Positions 1 to 7,146 of a stretch of 26,124 nt of DNA are shown piece by piece. Source of the DNA: an uncultured Bifidobacterium sp. (GTDB lineage Bacteria; Actinomycetota; Thermoleophilia; Miltoncostaeales; Miltoncostaeaceae); assembly GCA_964584485.1 (NCBI GenBank), contig CAZPAT010000001.1, forward strand, positions 1-26,124, in the 5' to 3' direction. Position numbers and translations under genes: made by a program. The notes under the pieces are model-generated. The model was not told the DNA's origin, searched no databases, and was given only the letters and a program-made list of their open reading frames with translations. Each line of letters starts with the position of its first letter. Within the stretch, counting starts at the first letter, position 1.

Positions 1-1210
1 CGATCCAGAGCGGGGCCGTCATGGCGAGGCCCGTCGCCGGGCCCGATCCGATCTCGGGCACCGCCTGCAGGTAGAGCGCGAGGTTCATCACATAGACCGC
101 ACCGGCGCCCAGGGCCAGCACCACGCCCCGGCGCGTGGACCGGGCGGCCGGGGTCCGCGAGATGCGCAGTACGCCCAGGCCGGCTGCCGCGCCCAGGGAG
201 AGCAAGCCCGACAGCACGTAGGGCGTGGTGCGGTTCATCGCCACCTCGTTGGCCGCCAGAGACGTGACGCCGGCCACCAGCATGAGGGCCGCGAACGTCA
301 GGGCCACGGTGGTGGCGGAGCGCTGGCGATCGGGGCCCGCCTGCCGGTAGCCCGCCAGCATGATCCCCGCCGCAGCGAAGAGCGACAGGGCCAGCATCGC
401 ATTCGCCGCATGCTCCGCGGGGTCGCCACCACCGAACGGCGGTTCCATTCCGCGACGCGAGGCCTCGATCGTGATGATGGCGATGGCGAGCATGCAGGCG
501 GTGGCCCAGCGCGCGCCGCTTCGCCCCGCCACGGCGATGGCCCCGAGCAGCGCGATGGGCACCAGCGGGCCGATCTCGCCCAGCAGCCCGACCCACGCGC
601 ACGCCGTGACGCCGGCGAAGGCGGCCATGGCCACCGGGTGCCGGAAGGCCTCGGAGACGGCGAGGTCGGGGTCGCCCCATGCCAGCACGAACGCGCCGCC
701 CACCAGGAATCCGGCCATGTAGCCCATGAGCAGCCACCCCCCGACCTCCGCGATCCCGTACTGCGGCGGGATCTCGCCGGTGGCGACCAGCAGCGACGCC
801 GTGAGAGCCGCGCCCGCGATGCTGATGACGGCGGAGATACCGGCGAACCGCGTGGCCTGCGCCAGGTCGCGCAGCCAGCAGGTGGCGCGCTGAAGCCACG
901 TCGCGCAGGCCAGGCACGCCGCCACGTGGATCAGCACCGACATGGCCACGATGAGGAGGGGCCGGTCGTGCATGATCACCTGCCCCACGGTGTCGCCGAC
1001 GGCGATCGCCGGCCAGAAGGCACGGCCGAAGCGGGCCAGCAGGGCCGACCCGATCCCGGGCACGAGGAGGAGCGGCGACACCTCGAGGGCGGTCAGGACC
1101 ACCGTGTAGGACAGGAGCGTCGCGCCCAGCATCGCCACGGCGATCAGGGCCAGCAGGGCCCACCAGTGCGGCGATGCGATGTTCGCGCGGCGGGGGAGGA
1201 GCGCGTTCAC
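1..1210 (-). CDS. Polytopic membrane protein, MASE1 domain fused to an EamA/DMT-like domain (partial, runs off left edge)
   Basis: Hand-translated open minus frame (>=403 codons, no stop in window, so absent from ORF track). N-part has MASE1-like FGRAFWPAIAVG and GRSGARWA...GMEPPF; C-part has EamA-like NLALYLQAVPEIGSGPATGLAMTAPLWI. GTG at 1210 lies 7 nt after TAGGGT (alternative GTG at 1219). Confidence 0.75.
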   Translation of the reverse strand, partial: MNALLPRRANIASPHWWALLALIAVAMLGATLLSYTVVLTALEVSPLLLVPGIGSALLARFGRAFWPAIAVGDTVGQVIMHDRPLLIVAMSVLIHVAACLACATWLQRATCWLRDLAQATRFAGISAVISIAGAALTASLLVATGEIPPQYGIAEVGGWLLMGYMAGFLVGGAFVLAWGDPDLAVSEAFRHPVAMAAFAGVTACAWVGLLGEIGPLVPIALLGAIAVAGRSGARWATACMLAIAIITIEASRRGMEPPFGGGDPAEHAANAMLALSLFAAAGIMLAGYRQAGPDRQRSATTVALTFAALMLVAGVTSLAANEVAMNRTTPYVLSGLLSLGAAAGLGVLRISRTPAARSTRRGVVLALGAGAVYVMNLALYLQAVPEIGSGPATGLAMTAPLWI

Positions 1211-1226
1211 GGCGGTCACCCTACGC

Positions 1227-1259
1227 GAAGGGCCCGCCTCTCCCGAGCGCGGGCCCTTC
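1227..1259 (-). terminator. Hairpin terminator downstream of tRNA-fMet
   Basis: Perfect 11-bp arms GAAGGGCCCGC/GCGGGCCCTTC plus inner CTC/GAG pairs, closing a GGGA (GNRA) loop on the minus strand, 3 nt after the tRNA 3' end. Confidence 0.75.
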
Positions 1260-1262
1260 TCA

Positions 1263-1336
<74 letters not shown>

Positions 1337-1347
1337 GCGGTTTCGGG

Positions 1348-1356
1348 AATGTAGCA
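1348..1356 (-). promoter_or_regulatory. Extended -10 promoter of tRNA-fMet
   Basis: TG-C-TACATT (TGn-TANNNT) ending 11 nt upstream of the mature tRNA 5' end. Confidence 0.55.
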
Positions 1357-1437
1357 CCGCAACGCCGCCACTGGACGGGGCCGGGTGCCGACCTATGGTG
1401 GCGCGCGACCAGCGGACCGAGGGGGAGGGGGCAGCGG

Positions 1438-1908
1438 ATGACCATGGCATCGCGGAAGCGGATCGTGATGATCGCCCATGACAACAGGAAGCGCGACATG
1501 CTCGAGTGGGCACGGCACAACTACGCCGTCCTGCGCCACCACGAACTGCACGCCACGGGCACGACCGGCGGCATCATCGCCGATGACCTCGGCCTGGAGG
1601 TGCACCGGTTCCTGTCGGGTCCGCTGGGTGGCGACCAGCAGGTGGGGGCGGCTCTCGCCGAGGGGCGCCTGGACATCGTCATCTTCTTCTGGGACCCGCT
1701 GGAGCCACAGCCGCACGACGTCGACGTGAAGGCCCTCCTGCGCATCGCGGTGGTGCACAACTGCCCCATCGCGTGCAACCGGGCCACCGCCGACTTCATA
1801 CTCAGCAGCCCGCTCATCCACGCGGACTACCGCAAGGCGGCGTCCCCGGGCGATCTGGCCCCCGCCGAGCGCCTCATCGATGACATCGGGGTGGCGCTCA
1901 GGGCGTGA
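1438..1908 (+). CDS. mgsA: Methylglyoxal synthase
   Basis: IAHDNRK, ATGTTG, SGPLGGDQQVG, FFWDPLEPQPHDVDVKALLR motifs; GGAGGGG SD before ATG 1438. Confidence 0.96.
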   Translation: MTMASRKRIVMIAHDNRKRDMLEWARHNYAVLRHHELHATGTTGGIIADDLGLEVHRFLSGPLGGDQQVGAALAEGRLDIVIFFWDPLEPQPHDVDVKALLRIAVVHNCPIACNRATADFILSSPLIHADYRKAASPGDLAPAERLIDDIGVALRA

Positions 1909-2605
1909 CGCGCACCGGGTCGCCCACCGCGACCCACCCCGCGCGCACCACCCGGCAGCACGCGCCCACGTGGTTGCGGCGCTCGCGCGCCACGGCCGCG
2001 TGGGCGCGGGTGTCGCGCTCGGCGGTATCGGGATCGCGACTGAGCACGCCCGACCGGCGGGTGGCCGCGACCACCTCGATCTCGGTGGCGGAGCCGATCC
2101 GCAGGCGCAGGCCACGCCAGTCATCCTCCGGGAAGGCCACGTCGTCGCCGCAGTCCACCACCAGGTTCGGCCGCAGGCGCCGCCGGTCGACGTCGTCCCC
2201 CGCCCACCCCGACACGCGGCGGATGGTCTCCTCCGTCAGCAGCGCCACCGGCTGCGCCGCGTGCGCGCCCGCCGGCGCGCGGATGACCGCCACGGGCTCA
2301 TCGTCCTTGCGCCCGAGACCGCGACGGACCTCGTCGGCCAAGCGCATGTCGCCCCAGGGGATCACCGCGCCGGACGGTGAATCCACCTGAACCCCGCTGC
2401 CGGTGACCGGGTCATCACAGCGGGCGCGGTAGCGCAGCAGCGCGGGCTCGCGCACCGCCACCAGCGGCTCCCCGGTCGCGGCGTCCACCACCGCGCACTG
2501 GCGATCCCCGACCAGGCCGAGCGGGCCGATGAAGGCCCGCCGCAGGCGTTCCCCCGACATCGACGCCACCGGGTAGCGCCACAGATCGGACACCACGCCC
2601 ACCAT
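1898..2605 (-). CDS. MOSC-domain protein (YcbX/mARC-like), conserved Mo-ligand Cys replaced by Ser
   Basis: MOSC_N WRYPVASMSGE and GDRQCAVVD; C-domain RRLRPNLVV, FPEDDW, TRRSGVLSRDPDT; start set at ATG 2605 (ORF-track extension overlaps next gene). Confidence 0.85.
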   Translation of the reverse strand: MVGVVSDLWRYPVASMSGERLRRAFIGPLGLVGDRQCAVVDAATGEPLVAVREPALLRYRARCDDPVTGSGVQVDSPSGAVIPWGDMRLADEVRRGLGRKDDEPVAVIRAPAGAHAAQPVALLTEETIRRVSGWAGDDVDRRRLRPNLVVDCGDDVAFPEDDWRGLRLRIGSATEIEVVAATRRSGVLSRDPDTAERDTRAHAAVARERRNHVGACCRVVRAGWVAVGDPVRVTP

Positions 2606-2613
2606 CGGGAGTC

Positions 2614-2796
2614 CTACGTGAGGATGATCGCGAGGACGATCACGAGGATGAGCAGGATCGCGAGGGTGGCGTACACCAGTCGCACGGCGCGGTTGGCGCC
2701 CTGCGCCACGACCTTGGCATTCTCGCGCTTGCGCGCGATCGTCTCCGGGTCGGTATCCCGCTCCGGCCAGTCGTCGTCTTCGTCGTCCCAGCCCAT
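2614..2796 (-). CDS. Small single-pass membrane protein (60 aa), unknown function
   Basis: Acidic N-terminus, basic linker, C-terminal hydrophobic helix; GC3-rich codons; TAGGCT-N6-ATG leaderless-type start. Confidence 0.7.
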   Translation of the reverse strand: MGWDDEDDDWPERDTDPETIARKRENAKVVAQGANRAVRLVYATLAILLILVIVLAIILT

Positions 2797-2826
2797 GGGT
2801 TGAGCCTACCCGCGGCACCCCGCGCG

Positions 2827-2854
2827 CCGCCGGTGGGCGGGAGCCCACCGGCGG
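2827..2854 (-). terminator. Hairpin terminator after sigma factor gene
   Basis: Perfect 12-bp arms CCGCCGGTGGGC/GCCCACCGGCGG with 4-nt loop, 12 nt past the stop codon; no U-tract (actinobacterial type). Confidence 0.75.
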
Positions 2855-2866
2855 TGGCGGATGGGT

Positions 2867-3949
2867 CTAGGCGACCTCGGCCAGCCCGCGCACGTCCATC
2901 ATGCCGGCCAGCTTCTGCAGGGCCTGGTTCTCGATCTGCCGGATGCGCTCGCGGGTGACGTTGAACGTACGGCCGACCTCATCGAGGGTGCGCGGCTGCT
3001 CGCCGCCCAGGCCATAGCGCAACTCCAGCACGCGGCGCTCGCGGTACGACAGCGAGTTCAGCACGTCCTGCAGCGCCTCATTGCGCAGGGTCTCGTCGGC
3101 GGCCGCCTCGGGCGAGATGGCCTTCTCATCGGCGATGAACTGCCCGAACTCGGACTCCTCCTCGTCGCCGACCGGCTTCTCCAGCGACACGGGCGTCTGG
3201 GCGCTGCGGCGGATGGACTCCACCTCGGCCTCGGTGAGGCCGATCGACGCGCCGATCTCGGCGTTGCTGGGGTCGCGCCCCAGCTCGGCCAGCAGCTTGC
3301 GCTCGGTGCGGTTGATCTTGTTCAGCTTCTCCACCACGTGCACCGGCATCCGGATGGTGCGGCCCTTGTCGGCGATGGCGCGGGCAACGGCCTGGCGGAT
3401 CCACCACGTGGCGTAGGTCGAGAACTTGTAGCCCTTGCGGTAGTCGAACTTCTCGGCCGCGCGCACCAGGCCCAGCGTGCCCTCCTGGATCAGGTCCAGG
3501 AACGCCAGCCCCTGGTTGCGGTAGTTCTTTGCGATCGACACCACGAGGCGCAGGTTGCTCTCGACCATCTTCTGCTTGGCCTGGAGGTCGCCCTCCTCGA
3601 TGAGCTTCGCGAGTTCCACCTCCTGCCTGGCCGTGAGCAGCGGGATGCGGCCGATGTCGCGCAGGAAGAGCTGCAGCAGGTCGGTGGTGCTCTCGGCCTT
3701 GGCGGCCACGCGCCGGGGCCGCTCGGCCTCCTCGGCCAGCTTGGCGCGACGCTCCTGGGCCTCGGGCTCCTCGAGCAGTTCGATGCCCATCTCGTCGACG
3801 TGCGTGTACAGGGCCTCGGCGTCCTCCTGGACGATGTCCATGCCCTGCAGCGCCTCGGCGACCTCCTCGATGCCGAGGAAGCCCTGCTCCTGCCCACGGG
3901 TGAGGAGCACCTGCATCTCCTCGTTGCCCACGATCTCCTTGAGCGTCAT
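2867..3949 (-). CDS. rpoD: RpoD/SigA-family RNA polymerase sigma-70 factor (possibly a group-2-like paralogue)
   Basis: Region 1.1 (GQEQGFL..EEV), 1.2 ([17 protein letters not shown]), 2 ([33 protein letters not shown]), 3 (SLEKPVG), 4 ([21 protein letters not shown]). Confidence 0.92.
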   Translation of the reverse strand: MTLKEIVGNEEMQVLLTRGQEQGFLGIEEVAEALQGMDIVQEDAEALYTHVDEMGIELLEEPEAQERRAKLAEEAERPRRVAAKAESTTDLLQLFLRDIGRIPLLTARQEVELAKLIEEGDLQAKQKMVESNLRLVVSIAKNYRNQGLAFLDLIQEGTLGLVRAAEKFDYRKGYKFSTYATWWIRQAVARAIADKGRTIRMPVHVVEKLNKINRTERKLLAELGRDPSNAEIGASIGLTEAEVESIRRSAQTPVSLEKPVGDEEESEFGQFIADEKAISPEAAADETLRNEALQDVLNSLSYRERRVLELRYGLGGEQPRTLDEVGRTFNVTRERIRQIENQALQKLAGMMDVRGLAEVA

Positions 3950-4210
3950 CCTCGTCCGTCCCCTCCGGCCCGGCTTCGCCGGGCGCCTCGTCGTCCTCCC
4001 GCCGGGACCCCCGGCGGATGCCTCGATGCCGATGTCGACCTCGATGCCCCCGGGGAACGGCGTCGGCCACCATGCCCCGGACCTGCCCTGCTCACCCGGC
4101 GACCACGCGGGCCGGTCGGGGATCCAACGCGCCGGAGTGCATCTCCGGCATCATGCTGTTCGGCAGTCTCCCCATCGGCCCTTATGGACCGGTTAAGGGG
4201 TTCGCGGAAG

Positions 4211-4239
4211 AGGGTAAACATCCTCCGGGTGCATGTCAC
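4211..4239 (-). promoter_or_regulatory. Sigma-70-type promoter of the sigma factor gene
   Basis: GTGACA (4239-4234) - 17 nt - TACCCT (4216-4211); implies TSS near 4204. Confidence 0.55.
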
Positions 4240-4301
4240 CGGGGAACGGGCGGATCCTTACCGAGGCGTGACCCTCCGGCTCGGATGCGGGGGTGATCTG
4301 C

Positions 4302-4988
4302 TCAGCCGGTGGTGGTGCCGCCCGTGGTGCCGGTGCGCGTTCCCTGCTCGGCGATCCCCTTGAGCAGGGCGACGGTGGTCCTGCCGATGGGTGTATCGGG
4401 ATCGATCTCGGCAACGCGCTTCCACGACGTGATGACCTCGCGCCCATCCCGGCGATAGGTGGCAAGCCAGCCACGGTTGAACCAGGCCACCTGGCTCGCC
4501 GGGTTGCGGCGGGTGATGCCCGCGAGGGCGGAGGTGGCACGGGCCATGCCCGCATCGCCCGTCGCGGCATCAACCATGGCCAGGCCGATCGCGGGCTCGA
4601 TGCCGTCCGGGTCGGCGGCCCGCGCGCGACGGTAGGCGTCGGCCGCGGCATCCTGTGCGCCCGCGCGCTGCTCCGCCGCGGCCAGGCGCAGCAGTGATGC
4701 CGCGTCGTCGTCGCGGGCGTCATCCCGGTAGCGCGCGACCTGCCCGGATGGCGAGAGCGACGCGATGTCCTCCGGCACGGGATCCTCCAGCACCATCGCG
4801 AGCGGCGGCAGGTCCGTGGGGCCCGTGAGTTCCTCGCCCGGCGCGGCCACCACTCCCACCACGATGGGCTGGGCCTCATCGGGAGGCGCCATCTGCGTGG
4901 TGCCCCCCAGCGCGAGGGAACCGGCGATCACCGCCGCGGCCAGGCCGAGGCCGGCTCCGATCATGGCGAGGATGCGGCCCGGGTTCAT
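4302..4988 (-). CDS. Membrane-anchored/secreted TPR-repeat protein
   Basis: N-terminal hydrophobic helix (ILAMIGAGLGLAAAVIAGSLALG); TPR-like helices AADAYRRARAADPDG, AWFNRGWLA...WKRVAEIDP. Confidence 0.75.
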   Translation of the reverse strand: MNPGRILAMIGAGLGLAAAVIAGSLALGGTTQMAPPDEAQPIVVGVVAAPGEELTGPTDLPPLAMVLEDPVPEDIASLSPSGQVARYRDDARDDDAASLLRLAAAEQRAGAQDAAADAYRRARAADPDGIEPAIGLAMVDAATGDAGMARATSALAGITRRNPASQVAWFNRGWLATYRRDGREVITSWKRVAEIDPDTPIGRTTVALLKGIAEQGTRTGTTGGTTTG

Positions 4989-5067
4989 CGCCCCGCAGTG
5001 TGCCAGCGCACCGCACCGGTCGTGGCGCGGCGGTCGCGTCCCGCCCCCGCCCGGGACGTCCGTCCCC

Positions 5068-6291
5068 TCAGGGGGCGGACGGCACGAGCGCGTCGAGCGC
5101 ATCGCGCAGCGCCGCGAGGGGCACCTGCGCATGACCATGGCCCACCCACCCGCCATCGGCGCGCGACGCGATGCCCATGGGGATGGCGGGCGCCTCGCCC
5201 GCGTCGATGCACAGCCGGGCGTCAATCGCCATTCCCGCGCACGCGATCACCCCCTGATCACCGGTCCAGGGCGCTGCGCCGGACGCGCCGCTGCCCTCAT
5301 CGAATCGGGCGTCATCGGCGATGGGGGCAGGGGCCGTGTGCCATGCGCCGGGCGTGCCCGCCAGCATCACCCCGACGTCGGTGCCGTTGCCCGACATCGC
5401 GATGACCAGGCTCGACATCGGGGTGCCGGCTGCCGCCTGCACCGCGCACCGGGCGGCCGCGGCCATGAGCGGCAGGGCGATGTGCACCATGGGCGCGCCG
5501 ATGCCCGTGAGGGCCGGCACGGCGTCGAGCGCGTGGATGGCCATCGCCGGCAGGAGTTCACGGATGAGGAGGAGTCCGGCGGCGCGCGCATCGGGGACGT
5601 CCGCGTCGCCCATGCGTGCGGCCTCCCCGGCGAGCATGGCGAGGTCGATGGGGCCGCGCGCCCCGAGCGCGGCGGAGGCCCCGGGAGCCAGGCGGTCGGC
5701 CAGCAGGCGCTGGCGGGCGATCAGGTCACGCGTGCGGGCCGACGCCGGCAGGCCGTCACCGGCACCATCGGACATCGGGGCCCATGCGTCCGCCCCCGTG
5801 ACCTCGTCGTGCACCGCCCACACTGCCATCGAGGGCGAGAGCACGCCGTTCATGGCTGCCGCGACCCCGTGCGCCTCGGTGGTGGCGAGTTCGATGTCCC
5901 CCGCCTCGATCAGGGCGGCCGCGGCACCCTGGTCCCCGGCCCATCCCTCCAGCACGGCGGCGCGCGCCACCTGGCCGCGCATGGCGGGGCCCAGCCGCTG
6001 CCATTCGCACGGGGGGCCGCAGTGCAGGATGCGGCGGGCATCCATGCCCGGCACGAGGTCGGTTGCGAGGCCGGCGTCCACCAGATGCGGCCTGCTTGCG
6101 TCGAGCGCGGCGAGGGCCCGTCGGTTGCCCTCCTCCACGCGGTCATCCGCGTACGCGCGCGTGAGCAGCGCGACATCACCCAGGTCCCCGCCGGCGGGGG
6201 GCGACCAGTCGACGACGAGCGGGTCCACGCCTTGTTCTCGGAGGTCGTCCTCCACCCGTGGTGCATCGATGACGGCGATGGCCAGTGCCAT
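5068..6291 (-). CDS. DUF1116 (YahG/YlbE/AllG-like) protein, divergent and internally shortened
   Basis: LREQGV...VDWSPPAGG, GN..A...SRPHLV, ILHCGPP..W..LGPAMRG, SPSM, MSGNGTDVG...WHTAPAP, GD, P..MGIA...GG.VG.G motifs of the family. Confidence 0.85.
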   Translation of the reverse strand: MALAIAVIDAPRVEDDLREQGVDPLVVDWSPPAGGDLGDVALLTRAYADDRVEEGNRRALAALDASRPHLVDAGLATDLVPGMDARRILHCGPPCEWQRLGPAMRGQVARAAVLEGWAGDQGAAAALIEAGDIELATTEAHGVAAAMNGVLSPSMAVWAVHDEVTGADAWAPMSDGAGDGLPASARTRDLIARQRLLADRLAPGASAALGARGPIDLAMLAGEAARMGDADVPDARAAGLLLIRELLPAMAIHALDAVPALTGIGAPMVHIALPLMAAAARCAVQAAAGTPMSSLVIAMSGNGTDVGVMLAGTPGAWHTAPAPIADDARFDEGSGASGAAPWTGDQGVIACAGMAIDARLCIDAGEAPAIPMGIASRADGGWVGHGHAQVPLAALRDALDALVPSAP

Positions 6292-6327
6292 GGGTGTGAT
6301 CGTAGGGGGCGCCCCGGCGCCCGCTGC

Positions 6328-7092
6328 TCAGGTGACCAGGAAGGCGATGCCGATCGCGATGCCGAGGAGGATGATGCCCGCCCGGAACACCGACTCGCGC
6401 ACGTGCTGCACGGTGCGCCCCCCCAGCCACCCGCCGCCCCATGCGCCCACGCCCATGAGTACGGCCACCAGCCAGTAGACGTGTCCGCTGAAGGCGAAGA
6501 AGATCGCCGCCGCGCCGTTGGCGCAGAGCGACATGAGCAGCTTCAGCGCGTTCAGCCGGTTCAGGGCATCCGTCAGCATCAGGCCGAGGATCGCGATGAC
6601 GATGATCCCGAGGCCGGCACCGAAGTAGCCTCCGTACACCGTGGCGACGAAGGCGGACGCCAGGAGCACCGGGCGTGCGACCTCTCCGGACGAGCCACGC
6701 GCACCGGTGGTGATGCGGCGCAGCGGTCCCTGCGCGGCCAGCAGGCCCGTGGCGGCGAAGATGAGCCAGGGCACGAGCTGCTCGAACAACTCCTCGCCCG
6801 TCGCCAGCAGCAGCGCTGCTCCGGTGATTCCGCCCAGGATGGCGGTGACAGCGAGCGCCCGGGCGAGGTCCCGCCGCCCGGCGAGATCGCCGCGCTGCGC
6901 ATAGGTGCCGCCGGCGTACCCGGGGGCAAGGGCGACGGCGTTGGTGACGTTGGCGTCGAGGGCGGGGATGCCCACCGCCGTAAGCACCGGGAAGGTGATG
7001 AGCGTGCCCCCGCCGGCGATAGAGTTGATGAAGCCGCCCGCGACGCCCCCGAGCAGCGCGAACACGAGGGCCCAGGTTCCGAGGTCCGCCAC
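6328..7092 (-). CDS. Sulfite exporter TauE/SafE (TSUP) family permease
   Basis: AGGFINSIAGGGTLITFP, ANVTN, YGGYFGAGLGI, NALK signatures; multiple TM segments. Confidence 0.92.
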   Translation of the reverse strand: MADLGTWALVFALLGGVAGGFINSIAGGGTLITFPVLTAVGIPALDANVTNAVALAPGYAGGTYAQRGDLAGRRDLARALAVTAILGGITGAALLLATGEELFEQLVPWLIFAATGLLAAQGPLRRITTGARGSSGEVARPVLLASAFVATVYGGYFGAGLGIIVIAILGLMLTDALNRLNALKLLMSLCANGAAAIFFAFSGHVYWLVAVLMGVGAWGGGWLGGRTVQHVRESVFRAGIILLGIAIGIAFLVT

Positions 7093-7146
7093 GGCGCGAG
7101 CATGCCACGGCCCGTCACCGGACGTCCGCTACCGTCCGCGCCCGCG

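Noticed and set aside
2051-2053. Possible selenocysteine at the MOSC Mo-ligand position
   Set aside because: The codon is TCG (Ser), not TGA
4130-4185. Resemblance of the sigma leader to fluoride or glycine riboswitch starts (GATGG..., GGAGAC..GCCGAA)
   Set aside because: Downstream conserved elements and pseudoknot pairing are missing and the gene context does not fit; a cmscan would settle it
3946-4239. 97-aa uORF whose TGA overlaps the sigma factor ATG
   Set aside because: Codon usage is not GC3-biased, its GTG start lies within the predicted -35, and no motif is present; better explained as promoter plus leader
4765-7146. 1513-aa ORF in the track suggesting a giant MMPL fusion
   Set aside because: The upstream ~794 codons are antisense shadow of the TPR, DUF1116 and TauE genes; MMPL homology starts at ATG 7147
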